Below, one piece after another: positions 9,541 to 19,016 of a DNA stretch of 64,000 nt (its first letter is position 1; each line of letters begins with the position of its first letter). The DNA is from Flavobacteriales bacterium (GTDB lineage: Bacteria; Bacteroidota; Bacteroidia; Flavobacteriales_F; PHOS-HE28). The notes beneath the pieces were generated by a model that saw nothing but the letters and a program-made list of their open reading frames with translations, had not been told where the DNA came from and did not search any database. The DNA is taken from the NCBI GenBank assembly GCA_016705545.1, contig JADIYA010000007.1:10953-74952 (forward strand), given 5' to 3'. A program made the translations under genes and the position numbers.

Positions 9541-11436
9541 ATGAGCGACTACCGCCTCCGATCCATGGCCGATTACCACACGGCCCGCACCCGCAGCATC
9601 ACCGACCCCGAGGGCTTCTGGGCCGGGATAGCTTCCGCATTCACTTGGAAACAGCCGTGGGGCAAGGTCGTCGAATGGGACTTCGAAAAGCCGGATGTGA
9701 AGTGGTTCATCGGCGGCAAGCTGAATATCACGGAGAACTGCCTTGACCGGAATCTGGCTGAACGGGGATCGAAGACAGCGTTGCTCTGGGAAGCGAACGA
9801 CCCATCTCAAGCAAGTGAACACATCACCTATGCGCAATTGCACGAGCGCGTTTGCCGCATGGGCAATGCACTCAAGCGGAATGGCGTGAAGAAAGGCGAC
9901 CGCGTCTGCCTCTACATGCCCATGATCCCGGACCTCGCCATCAGCGTGCTGGCCTGCGCGCGCATCGGGGCCATCCACTCGGTGGTCTTCGGCGGCTTCA
10001 GCGCGAATTCACTCGTCGACCGCATCAACGATTCGCAATGCTCGGCGGTGATCACCAGCGATGGAATCCGGCGCGGCGCGAAGAGCATCCCGGCCAAGGC
10101 CGTTGTGGATGCGGCCCTTCCCTCCTGCCCCAGCGTGCGCGTGGTGCTCGTGAGCAAATGCACGGGTGAGGACGTGCCGATGAAAGCCGACCGCGATCGA
10201 TGGATCGAGGATGAGCTGAAGACCGTTGATGCCATTTGCCCCGCCGAGCCGATGGACAGCGAGGATCCGCTCTTCATCCTGTACACAAGCGGCAGTACCG
10301 GCAAGCCGAAGGGTGTGGTGCATACCTGCGGCGGCTACATGGTGTATGCGGGCTACTCCTTCGCCAATGTGTTCCAATGCGAAGTTAACGATGTATTCTG
10401 GTGCACGGCCGACATCGGCTGGATCACCGGACACAGCTACATTGTTTATGGCCCCCTGCTGAACGGCGCCACGAGTGTGATGTTCGAAGGCGTGCCCACC
10501 TGGCCTGACCCCACGCGCTTCTGGCAAGTGATCGAGAAGCACGGCGTCACGCAGTTCTACACCGCGCCAACGGCGATTCGTTCGCTCATGGCGGCCGGGC
10601 ATGACCTTCCTTCTCGCTTCGCCATGCCCAGCTTGAAACTGCTCGGCAGCGTGGGCGAACCGATCAACGAAGAAGCCTGGCACTGGTACCATGAGCAAGT
10701 GGGCAAGAAGCGCTGCGCCATCGTCGACACCTGGTGGCAAACCGAGACCGGCGGCATCATGCTCAGCGGCTTGGGCGGCATCACGCCGATGAAGCCTGCG
10801 CATGCTGGGTTACCTCTCCCTGGCATCCGCACCATCCTCGTGGATCAGCAGGGCGAAGAGCTTCACGGCGAAGCCGAAGGATACCTCTGTATCGACTTCC
10901 CATGGCCTTCGGTGATCCGCACCACATGGGGCGATCACGAGCGATGCCGCCTCAACTACTTCGCCCAATACCCCGGTCGCTACTTCACCGGCGATGGCGC
11001 CAAGCGCGATGCCGATGGTTTCTTCCGCATCATCGGCCGCGTGGACGATGTGATCAACGTGAGCGGCCACCGCATCGGCACCGCCGAAGTGGAGAACGCC
11101 ATCGACGAGCACCCGGACGTCGTGGAAAGCGCCGTGGTGGGCTACCCGCACGACATCAAAGGCCAGGGCATCTATGCCTTCGTGATCTGCGACCACGTGC
11201 GCACCGACAAGGACGCACTTCGCAACGAGGTCATCGCGACGGTGGAACGCATCATCGGCAAGATCGCACGGCCGGACAAGATCCAGTTCGTGAGCGGCCT
11301 GCCCAAGACACGCAGCGGCAAGATCATGCGGCGCATCCTGCGGAAAGTGGCCGAGGGTGAGATGAATGCCTTGGGCGATACGAGCACACTGTTGGACCCG
11401 GGGGTGGTGGAGGAGATCAAGGCGGGCAAACTCTAA
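9541..11436 (+). CDS. acs: acetyl-coenzyme A synthetase
   Basis: 631-aa ORF with YTSGSTGKPKGV (AMP-binding motif), ...SGHRIGTAEVE..., and C-terminal ...LPKTRSGKIMRRILRKVAEG. Full-length match to the Acs architecture. Confidence 0.97.
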   Translation: MSDYRLRSMADYHTARTRSITDPEGFWAGIASAFTWKQPWGKVVEWDFEKPDVKWFIGGKLNITENCLDRNLAERGSKTALLWEANDPSQASEHITYAQLHERVCRMGNALKRNGVKKGDRVCLYMPMIPDLAISVLACARIGAIHSVVFGGFSANSLVDRINDSQCSAVITSDGIRRGAKSIPAKAVVDAALPSCPSVRVVLVSKCTGEDVPMKADRDRWIEDELKTVDAICPAEPMDSEDPLFILYTSGSTGKPKGVVHTCGGYMVYAGYSFANVFQCEVNDVFWCTADIGWITGHSYIVYGPLLNGATSVMFEGVPTWPDPTRFWQVIEKHGVTQFYTAPTAIRSLMAAGHDLPSRFAMPSLKLLGSVGEPINEEAWHWYHEQVGKKRCAIVDTWWQTETGGIMLSGLGGITPMKPAHAGLPLPGIRTILVDQQGEELHGEAEGYLCIDFPWPSVIRTTWGDHERCRLNYFAQYPGRYFTGDGAKRDADGFFRIIGRVDDVINVSGHRIGTAEVENAIDEHPDVVESAVVGYPHDIKGQGIYAFVICDHVRTDKDALRNEVIATVERIIGKIARPDKIQFVSGLPKTRSGKIMRRILRKVAEGEMNALGDTSTLLDPGVVEEIKAGKL

Positions 11437-11449
11437 CGACCTTTACTCC

Positions 11450-11866
11450 ATGGCCCAACTCCACGACGCCTTCGAGAATGGCAAGCGCATCAGCCCCAAG
11501 CTGCCGGAGGGGAAGAAGAACTTCCTCATCGACATCGACGGCACCATCTGCGAGGACATCCCCAACGAGGAGCCCGCGCGCATGGCCACGGCAGCCATCT
11601 TCGAGGGCGCACTGGAGATCTGCAACGGCTGGTTCGATGAGGGGCACATCCTCACCTTCTTCACCAGCCGCACGGAGGAGCACCGGGAAGTGACCACGAC
11701 CTGGCTCGATGAGCACGGCTTCAAGTACCACGCGATCCTCTTCGGCAAGCCACGCGGCGGCAACTACCATTGGATCGACAACCACATCGTGCGCGCAACT
11801 CGTTACGACGGAAAGTTCACCAAGCTTGTGGAGCGCCAGGCCACGATAGAGGCGTTCGAGGAGTAG
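11450..11866 (+). CDS. HAD-superfamily phosphatase-like small protein (deoxyribonucleotidase/NT5C-like)
   Basis: Start MAQLHDAF... inside the longer track ORF. HAD motif I FLIDIDGTICED. ~138 aa. Confidence 0.5.
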   Translation: MAQLHDAFENGKRISPKLPEGKKNFLIDIDGTICEDIPNEEPARMATAAIFEGALEICNGWFDEGHILTFFTSRTEEHREVTTTWLDEHGFKYHAILFGKPRGGNYHWIDNHIVRATRYDGKFTKLVERQATIEAFEE

Positions 11867-12298
11867 CCACAGCGCAACTCTACTGACAGTGCATGCGAAG
11901 GTGGGGCAGCAGGGCTGACGGAGGGCAGGGGGGGACGCCACCGCACCACTACGGCGCCGACAACCAGGTCGATGCCTTCGAGGACGCGCTTTGGGCTTTC
12001 CTACGCGCGGGCGGATTCCCAGTTGCTCCGCAGCGCCGCACCGCGGGGTGGCGGCGGATAGCACCACGCCGCGACATCCATCAGCAAAGCCGTGAACCCG
12101 GCTTCAAGACCTTGAGCGAGTCCATGCCAAAGCCTCCCCTTCATTACGATGACGGGGGCGGGGATGGGTCTCTGGCGTGTGGTCGAGGGCGAGGGGTTAC
12201 GTTTGCGCCAGGTCGCTGGTGAGACCAGACCGTCGACTTCGGCCCGGGCCGCGCCGCCTCCCACGGGCGCTCGGATCAGTGAGGCGAGCGCAAGCGCG

Positions 12299-12838
12299 CT
12301 ACTCCCCCTTCTGGCCCACGAAGTGGTCCTCCTTATCCTCAAAGAGGATATTGAAGGTGGTGAGCGAACCATAGCAGCGCGTGATGTACTGCTGCAGTTC
12401 CACCTTGTCCACCTCGCTGAGCTTTTCGTGCGCGTTGATCTTCTGTTCCAGCACGCGGAAGCGGTCGCGGATCATCACGATCTTGTGGAAGAAGTCATCG
12501 ATGGGCAGCTCCTTGGCCAGAAGGCTTGCGTCCTTCGGCTTCAGCACCAGCGTTCCGCCATCAAAGCGCCTTGCCATGTCCACCGGACGCTGCGGCTGCT
12601 GCATCTCCTCGAGCACCTCTTTCAGGCAGTCGCGCACCGCATCCAGGTCCAGCGGCTCTTGGCCGATCTCAACGCCGGGCGCAATGGTCACCAGGCCCTC
12701 GAAGCTCCGGCTCACAGGCTGCTCGCCATGCTCCCGGAAGAAGATGTGCACCGTGCGCGGGTCCAGATCGTACACCACGCCCACGCCCATGGTGGGATGC
12801 TTCACGCGCGCGCCGATCGCGATGTCGTAGAGTTCCAT
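12299..12838 (-). CDS. hypothetical protein
   Basis: 179-aa ORF with protein-like composition and no recognisable motif. The antisense ORFs over the same DNA are low-complexity Ala/Arg/Pro-rich. Confidence 0.5.
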   Translation of the reverse strand: MELYDIAIGARVKHPTMGVGVVYDLDPRTVHIFFREHGEQPVSRSFEGLVTIAPGVEIGQEPLDLDAVRDCLKEVLEEMQQPQRPVDMARRFDGGTLVLKPKDASLLAKELPIDDFFHKIVMIRDRFRVLEQKINAHEKLSEVDKVELQQYITRCYGSLTTFNILFEDKEDHFVGQKGE

Positions 12839-12873
12839 GCCTGACGGGGTCTTTCCGCCAAAGAAAGGGCGGC

Positions 12874-13332
12874 TCAGCAGATCTCCAGCACCGCGTAACG
12901 AATGCCGTTCACCTCAGCGCTCTCTCCCGCCTTGCGCCCATAGAGCGCTTGCACGAGCGGTGCTTTAGGCGTAACGCCCAGATACTGCCTCCCGGCCGCT
13001 TCGAATTCCTCGATGCTGAACCCGATGAGCAGGTTGCGCTGATCCGTATGCACCACCGCGCCGAATTGCACCGTGTCCATGAGGGCATCGGGCGAGACGA
13101 TGCCGAGCCGGTCGAGGTCCTGGAGCAAATGCTCATACTGGGCTCCGAGCGAATTCATCAGGTCCACATCGCTGCCGCGCGTGCTCTCGGTCTGGCTGGC
13201 GGTCTCGGCATTGTCGTCGCCGATGGTCGCGGACTTCAATTCCTCGATCCGCACCCTCAACTCGTTGGCGGTTCTTTTCATGTGGCTTCGCGCGGCCTGC
13301 AGCACAGCGCGCTTGATAGCGATTCGGTCCAT
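12874..13332 (-). CDS. GreA/GreB-family (Rnk-like) transcription factor homolog
   Basis: Start at MDRIAIKRAVLQAARSHMKRTANELRVRIEELKS (coiled coil). C-terminal FKBP-like domain ...APLVQALYGRKAGESAEVNGIRYAVLEI, as in the GreA/Rnk C-terminus. Confidence 0.55.
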   Translation of the reverse strand: MDRIAIKRAVLQAARSHMKRTANELRVRIEELKSATIGDDNAETASQTESTRGSDVDLMNSLGAQYEHLLQDLDRLGIVSPDALMDTVQFGAVVHTDQRNLLIGFSIEEFEAAGRQYLGVTPKAPLVQALYGRKAGESAEVNGIRYAVLEIC

Positions 13333-13412
13333 GTGGTGTGCGTTTCGGCCCGAAGGTACCCAGGGATGAAGCGGGCGCATTGACGCTCGTCAGTGCCCTG
13401 AGCCAACTCGCG

Positions 13413-14813
13413 CTAGGCGGGCCGCAATCGATTGCGGTAAGCGAGCTCCACCAATGCCAGGGCCATGGCTGCGAGCGCGACGAGCATCCAAGGACCGCCC
13501 GTTCCGCCTGAACCGCGGAAGGGCACCGGGGGGGCAACCGTGTTGCGTCGCTCGGGGCTCATGCGCCGCTTCACTTCATCGGCGTAGTCGCGGTGCTTGT
13601 CCACGTTCCAGCCGGTGAGCGCATTCAGCTCTTCCAATTCGCGATGGCGACGGTAGTAGAGCTGCTCCAGGTAATCCTGTCCTTCGGAGCAGGTGAGGTC
13701 GCCTTGGGCCGGGTGCGTGAGGATGTAGCGCGCTTGGAAGTGCTCGGTGTTGGGTGTTACCTGGAAGACGAGATCCTGCGGGAAACGATCGCGCGCATAG
13801 CGCACATGCAGGCGCGTGTAGAAGGTGGGTGCACCCTGCTGGCTCCATGAAGCGCCCGCTTCAGCGAACTCGCGCGGCATGGGAGGCGGTCCAACGCAGG
13901 GGTCGCACTTCATGCCATTGAAGCTGGGCGTCACGTTCCACGCGTACTCCAGGAAGACCGTGTTGCGGCCCTCACGGCGATGCGCCCGCGCGAAGAGATC
14001 CTTGTAGAAAGGCCCGAAGCGTTGCTTGGCGAAGAGCGGGATGTTCCGGTCGGTAGGCACTTTCACCGTTCGGTAGTTCACGCACTCCACACGGCCGGTG
14101 CGGGTGAAGGCATGCACGATCATGTCCTGCGAGCCGTTGCTATTGGCCATGCCCAACCGGATAGGCAGCATGAACTTGTGGCTCTCGTACCGGATCTGGA
14201 TCGGCCGTAAGGTGCTGTAGCCGGAGGCTTCCAACTCCTTCAGGTTCACCTTCACCACGAAGAACTTCAGGTTGCTCTTGATGTAGGGATCGAGCACCTC
14301 GTGCGCTGTCTGGGGGATCCTGTACCCGTTCTCGATCAGCCATTCCTTCAAGCCCACGCTCTCCTTGGCGCTCAGGATCAGGATGTCATACTCCCCTACC
14401 GTATAACGCGCTTCGATGGTGACGCCTTTGTCCTTGGCCGCCTTCTCTTCCTGCCGCATGGCAGAGGCTGTGCGCGGAGCGGCCACGCTCTCTTGCATGT
14501 CTGCGTTGCTATAGAGCCAGCGCTGGCAGGGATTCTCATCGTAGTACTCCACCAGCCGCGGCGCGCTGTAGGCATCGAGCGCATCGAACACGCGGCGCTC
14601 CACCACCTTGATATCGTCGCGCAGCAGCACCGTGGGCACGGGCACCACCATGGCGAAGTCCTTCACCTCTCCCTTGAAGTCGTTGCTCATGGTGAGTATG
14701 GTGCGCTGACCGTCGCGCACGAGGATCACCTCGCTGCGGTCGTTGAAGAGCGTGGCATCGGCCTTGGCCACATAGAAACCGCAGAAGGCGGAAGCCTGGT
14801 GCGCGAGCAGCAA
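13413..14813 (-). CDS. DUF2330-like secreted/membrane-anchored protein
   Basis: 466-aa ORF with conserved CGFYV near the N-terminus and a C-terminal TM helix (WMLVALAAMALALV). The track start is a TTG with no signal-peptide n-region, so the true N-terminus may be MRT(F)FFFPPLLLAHQASA if one base in ACCC near 14830 is spurious. Confidence 0.55.
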   Translation of the reverse strand: MLLAHQASAFCGFYVAKADATLFNDRSEVILVRDGQRTILTMSNDFKGEVKDFAMVVPVPTVLLRDDIKVVERRVFDALDAYSAPRLVEYYDENPCQRWLYSNADMQESVAAPRTASAMRQEEKAAKDKGVTIEARYTVGEYDILILSAKESVGLKEWLIENGYRIPQTAHEVLDPYIKSNLKFFVVKVNLKELEASGYSTLRPIQIRYESHKFMLPIRLGMANSNGSQDMIVHAFTRTGRVECVNYRTVKVPTDRNIPLFAKQRFGPFYKDLFARAHRREGRNTVFLEYAWNVTPSFNGMKCDPCVGPPPMPREFAEAGASWSQQGAPTFYTRLHVRYARDRFPQDLVFQVTPNTEHFQARYILTHPAQGDLTCSEGQDYLEQLYYRRHRELEELNALTGWNVDKHRDYADEVKRRMSPERRNTVAPPVPFRGSGGTGGPWMLVALAAMALALVELAYRNRLRPA

Positions 14814-14889
14814 TGGCGGGAAGAAGAAGGGTTCTCATGGCTATCGAGGTTGAGGGTTGACAGAGGTTGATGGTTGTTGGGGCAACAGG

Positions 14890-15790
14890 TCACTGCGAGA
14901 CCTGCTTCCTGGCGCTAGCCGTGGAAGTCGGGCGAAGCAGGCTCAGTGCCTGTGTCTCGGATTCAATGCTGGCTGGCCGGTCGGCATCATGCTTCACCCA
15001 CCGGAAGGCCTCACCCTTCCATAGCCGATCGAACAATGGCGTGGACGCGCTCACGATGAGCAAGGCCCAGATCGGAGTGGCGTTCACCCACCACTTCCAG
15101 CCGAGCAGGAAGGCGAGCAACGCGATAACGAAGCTCCAGCCGATGCGCGCGCCCTGTGCCTTCGGCGTGGTCATCGGATCGGTGGCGGAAGAAGGTGAAG
15201 AGCAGCAGGGAACCGTTGCTCATGCGGTGCAGCCACACATCGGGTTCCCAGCCGAGGTAGAGCACCTGGCGCGCAAAATCCAGAGCTGCGAAGGCTGCGA
15301 GGAATGCGAGGCTCGTATCGATGCGCCCCACCCTCAGCACCACCATGCAGCCGGCCGCGCCCACGAGGAAAACCAGCGCGGCCCCGCTCCCCCATTGCCC
15401 TGGGCTCACCCACGCATCGCCGGTGAGCAGCACCGCTGCCGCGATACCCAGGTTGCCGGGATTGAACACATGCTTGCCATCGATCCGAAGGAAGAACTTG
15501 CTCGCGATGGCCACGGATGCGCCAAGCACCAGCACCCACGGCGACCCGGCCTTCAGCAACAGGCTCATGCCCAAGCCGGTCACCATTGCACTCTTGATCG
15601 AATGCCACGGCAGCTTCTTCCAACGGATGAAAAGCGCTTGCACCGCGAGACAGGTGCCCAAGAGGATCAGGTAGCGCAGCCACTCGGCATCCCACTGCAG
15701 CATCGCGATGCCATAAGCGAGGAAGGCCGATAGGAAGAGGATCTGGAAATGGCGCGCATCGCGGCGGAGGCACTGGATCACGGCGGTCAT
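14890..15790 (-). CDS. NQR2/RnfD/RnfE-family membrane protein, interrupted by a frameshift near nt 15187
   Basis: ORFs 15011-15790 and 14890-15174 are consecutive pieces. The upstream frame carries FNPGNLGIAAAVLLTG (RnfD/NqrB FNP motif) and ends ...LLLFTFF. The downstream frame reads (S)SATDPMTTPKAQ, so the junction restores the family motif FF(M)ATDP. Start taken at MTAVIQ (15790). Confidence 0.7.
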
Positions 15791-15898
15791 CTGCGGGCGT
15801 GTTACAGGAATGCGGTACCCGCAACGCCTTCGCCGGTTCGATCCGGCAGGAACTTTCAACGCGGAAGGCCGTTTGAAGCGCCTCAACGACCATCGCGG

Positions 15899-16321
15899 AT
15901 GACTCAAGAGACCCTTCAGCAAACCGAGGTCCGCCACATCATCGTGGTGGACGATGAGGACGACTGCAACTTCGTGACGAAGCTGGTGCTGAAGAAGGCC
16001 GGGTTCTCAGGTCGAATCACCTGCTACACGAGCGCAGCGGAAGCCCTGGCGCATTTCCGCACCGGCCACGACCTGCCTGACCTGCTCTTCGTTGACATCA
16101 ACATGCCAGCCGTTAGCGGATTCGAGTTCCTTGCAGCCTGCGAATCCGAGGGCCTGCTTCCCAATGAACTCACCAGCGTGGTGATGTTCAGCAGCAGCAA
16201 CCGGCCCAGCGATCTAGAGCGCGCGCTCTCCTTCCGGAGCGTGATGGGCTATGTCGAGAAGGCTCTTTCGGTGGATAGCTTCGAACGCGTATTGGCCGAT
16301 CGCCGGGCCGGGCGGAAGTGA
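15899..16321 (+). CDS. stand-alone response-regulator receiver domain protein (CheY-like)
   Basis: Start MTQETLQQTEVRHIIVVDDEDD. Acidic pocket DDxxD, ...LLFVDINMP (phospho-acceptor Asp context), ...VVMFSSS... No output domain. Confidence 0.8.
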   Translation: MTQETLQQTEVRHIIVVDDEDDCNFVTKLVLKKAGFSGRITCYTSAAEALAHFRTGHDLPDLLFVDINMPAVSGFEFLAACESEGLLPNELTSVVMFSSSNRPSDLERALSFRSVMGYVEKALSVDSFERVLADRRAGRK

Positions 16322-16356
16322 AGTTGGTCGCCGTTAACCTCACCCACGGACCAACC

Positions 16357-16725
16357 ATGAAGAAGATCCTGATCATCGAAGACGAGGCCATCATCTCGTT
16401 CAGTTACCGCCTCCAGATGGAGCGCATGGGTTTTGAGGTCACCGGCACGGCCAAGAGCGCCGAGGAGGCTGAGGCCCTCCTTCGCGCCGAGCGCCCTGAC
16501 CTCATCATCATGGACGTGTACCTCAAAGGTCCCAAGACCGGGCTCGAACTGGCGCAGGAGATCCATGCCAGCGACCCCGTTCCGATACCCATCCTCTTCC
16601 TCACGGCCAGCACGAAGCCTGAAGTGGTAGAGGCCATCCGCGCGCTCAAGGGCTGCCATTACTTGCCGAAGCCCATCAACAGCGACAGCTTGGAGGACAT
16701 GCTGCAACGGTTCGCCCGCGAATAA
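16357..16725 (+). CDS. stand-alone response-regulator receiver domain protein
   Basis: MKKILIIEDEAIIS..., LIIMDVYLKGPKTG (Asp acceptor), ILFLTAST..., ~122 aa with no output domain. Confidence 0.8.
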   Translation: MKKILIIEDEAIISFSYRLQMERMGFEVTGTAKSAEEAEALLRAERPDLIIMDVYLKGPKTGLELAQEIHASDPVPIPILFLTASTKPEVVEAIRALKGCHYLPKPINSDSLEDMLQRFARE

Positions 16726-16734
16726 GCGCCGGCC

Positions 16735-17418
16735 ATGAAGGCATCGCCCGAGCAAGCCGAACGCCTGCACCGCTTCGCGCACGACCTGCGCAACCGGCTC
16801 TCCGCGCTGCAACAAGTCCTGGCGCAGCTCAACGGCCACGCGACGCGCGAACAGGCCGATCTCATCGCATTCGCGGAGCAGCAGTACTTCAAAGCGATGC
16901 TGGCCACAGAGAAGCTTCTCGACGATTTCGCGATTGACCGAAGCCCGAAGCTGGGCGCGAAACAGCCCGTAGACCTCGCTGCATGCATCGGTCGCGCCAT
17001 TGACGCCCAGCAGCACCGCTTCGCGCGCAAGCAGCAAGCCGTGGAGCAATCAATCGAATCCGGGCTCTTCGCCTTTGGAGATGCCCGCCTTCTCGAGGAT
17101 CTGGTTTGCGCGCTGCTGAGCAACGCGTCGAAATTCAGCCATGCCGGGCGGTCCATCTCAATCAACCTTCGGCAGGCGAATGGCATGGCCGAGCTCACCG
17201 TTGCAGATCAAGGCATCGGTCTCGACGCCGATGACCTCCGACACGTGTTCACGCGCTATGCCCTGCTGAAGGGCGCATCAACCGCCGGTGAGGCCCAAGG
17301 GCGCTCGACTTTGGCCCGTGCGAAGCAATGGGCAGAAGCTCACGACGGCGAACTGACGGCAACGAGCAACGGCCCCCATCATGGCAGCACTTTCACCTTG
17401 CGGCTGCCGTTGGCTTGA
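16735..17418 (+). CDS. soluble sensor histidine kinase (HisKA + HATPase_c, no TM)
   Basis: H-box FAHDLRNRLSAL, N-box LLSNASKFS, G-boxes DQGIGL and GSTFTLRL. 227 aa. Confidence 0.8.
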   Translation: MKASPEQAERLHRFAHDLRNRLSALQQVLAQLNGHATREQADLIAFAEQQYFKAMLATEKLLDDFAIDRSPKLGAKQPVDLAACIGRAIDAQQHRFARKQQAVEQSIESGLFAFGDARLLEDLVCALLSNASKFSHAGRSISINLRQANGMAELTVADQGIGLDADDLRHVFTRYALLKGASTAGEAQGRSTLARAKQWAEAHDGELTATSNGPHHGSTFTLRLPLA

Positions 17419-18348
17419 TCAAACTACCTCTTCCGCCGGCCACGTGATGTTCTTGGCCACGCGCTGGCCGCGGTGGTTGATGGCCACGTTGAATTCCACT
17501 TCATCACTCACCGACAACTCCTCGAAGGTGATGCCTTGGAGGTCGTCGTGGCGGAAGAAGAGGTTGTTGTCCGGGTAGCGGATGAATCCGTACCCGTTCA
17601 TCAGGCTCATGATCACGCTGCGATGTCGCTCCTCATCCACCAAGGTGGGGGCCGGGCGCTCACCGTCGGGCTCGGCGTCGCGGGCATCGCGCGTCACGAA
17701 CATGTCCCGCACCACTTCATCATCCTCCTTCAGCCCTTCCTCGATCAAATCGTGCATGGGCATGGGGTAGCTCACCTCATTCCAGAGATCAGTGCTCGTC
17801 TTGGTGGTCTGCACCTCGCCGGTCTCCTGGTCTGTGAACTCGAAGTCCCAGCCCAGCAGCATTGTCTTGCAGCCCAAGGCGTGCAGCTTGCGCACCAATG
17901 GAACGTGATCGCTGTCGCTGGCGATGATCACGGCCACATCGAAGCGCTTGAGCATGCAGAGCTCATAGGTCTCGAGCGCCATCAGCACGTCGATGCCCTT
18001 CTCACGCTTGCGGCCCATTAGGTCCTTCACTGGCAGGTAGTGCGTTTGAACCCCGTTGTACATGAGCACATCGTCGAACACCCGGTCGTAGTAAAGCTGG
18101 TTGGTCTTCTCCATGGCATCACGCGCGCTGAAGCGGCCACGGAAGAAGTGCGCGTCGATGATGTGGCAGAGGCTGGGGCGGGTATCCTCTCGTTCGGCAA
18201 GGCTATGCTTGATGAACTCATGCACCCCGCCGATGTGCAGCCTGCGCCGCTGCGCATGCACATAATTATAATAGTTGCTCACATGGGTGAAATAGCTTCC
18301 ATCGTAGAATACGCCCACCTTCAGGGCCGTGCTTCCTTGCTTGCTCAT
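17419..18348 (-). CDS. NYN (PIN-like nuclease) domain protein with C-terminal cold-shock DNA/RNA-binding domain
   Basis: N-terminal LKVGVFYDGSYF...DVAVIIASDSDHVPLV (NYN/LabA-like acidic residues). C-terminal GFIRYPDNNLFFRHDDL...VEFNVAINHRGQRVAKNI (CSD). Confidence 0.7.
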   Translation of the reverse strand: MSKQGSTALKVGVFYDGSYFTHVSNYYNYVHAQRRRLHIGGVHEFIKHSLAEREDTRPSLCHIIDAHFFRGRFSARDAMEKTNQLYYDRVFDDVLMYNGVQTHYLPVKDLMGRKREKGIDVLMALETYELCMLKRFDVAVIIASDSDHVPLVRKLHALGCKTMLLGWDFEFTDQETGEVQTTKTSTDLWNEVSYPMPMHDLIEEGLKEDDEVVRDMFVTRDARDAEPDGERPAPTLVDEERHRSVIMSLMNGYGFIRYPDNNLFFRHDDLQGITFEELSVSDEVEFNVAINHRGQRVAKNITWPAEEVV

Positions 18349-18401
18349 GGTCGATTGGAATAAGGTCGCCAAAGGTAGGCCCGCAGCGGGTCGGGGCTAA
18401 C

Positions 18402-18971
18402 TTGCCCACCGTGTTCCAGCGCAGCCTCATCGTCTTGGGTTTGGCCTTGCCAGCAGCAATGGCCGGCCAGGTGGCGGGATTGGGCGACAGTCCACCGCTC
18501 ACATACACGCGCACGGTGACTGTTCCGCTGAACGCCCTGCTCCTTCACGACAAGGCCCTCGATGCTTGGACTTGGACCTTCGGCAAGGAACCTTCCGGTA
18601 AGACCCTGCGGACCGATCGGGATCAAGGCGTGATCGAAGGCCTTGCACGCGTGAATTTCAGGTCGGAGAAGCTGGCCTTGCGCGAGGAGACCATGGGCGT
18701 GATCCAGTACCGCGTGGTGGTGATCACACGTGCCGGCGAATGCAGGGTCACGGTGAGCGAGTTGACCCATACGGGCAACCGGGGCACGGCACGAGGGGGC
18801 ATCCACCTTGGGCTCCTGCTGCGAGGCGATCGGCCCGCCAAGAACGTGAAGGGCATCGGCGCCAATACCGGCAGACGGATCTATGCTGAGGTGAAGGCGG
18901 TGGCCGAAGCACGCGTGTTGGGGCTGCTGCAAGCCTTTGATGCGCGCCTGCGCGCGAACGCGGAGCAGTGA
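18402..18971 (+). CDS. hypothetical secreted protein
   Basis: Signal peptide MPTVFQRSLIVLGLALPAAMAGQ. 189 aa with no recognisable motif. Confidence 0.5.
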   Translation: MPTVFQRSLIVLGLALPAAMAGQVAGLGDSPPLTYTRTVTVPLNALLLHDKALDAWTWTFGKEPSGKTLRTDRDQGVIEGLARVNFRSEKLALREETMGVIQYRVVVITRAGECRVTVSELTHTGNRGTARGGIHLGLLLRGDRPAKNVKGIGANTGRRIYAEVKAVAEARVLGLLQAFDARLRANAEQ

Positions 18972-19016
18972 GCGCCGGTGCAACCCGGATGCGCATCCGC
19001 CGTTGAAAGGCGGCCC

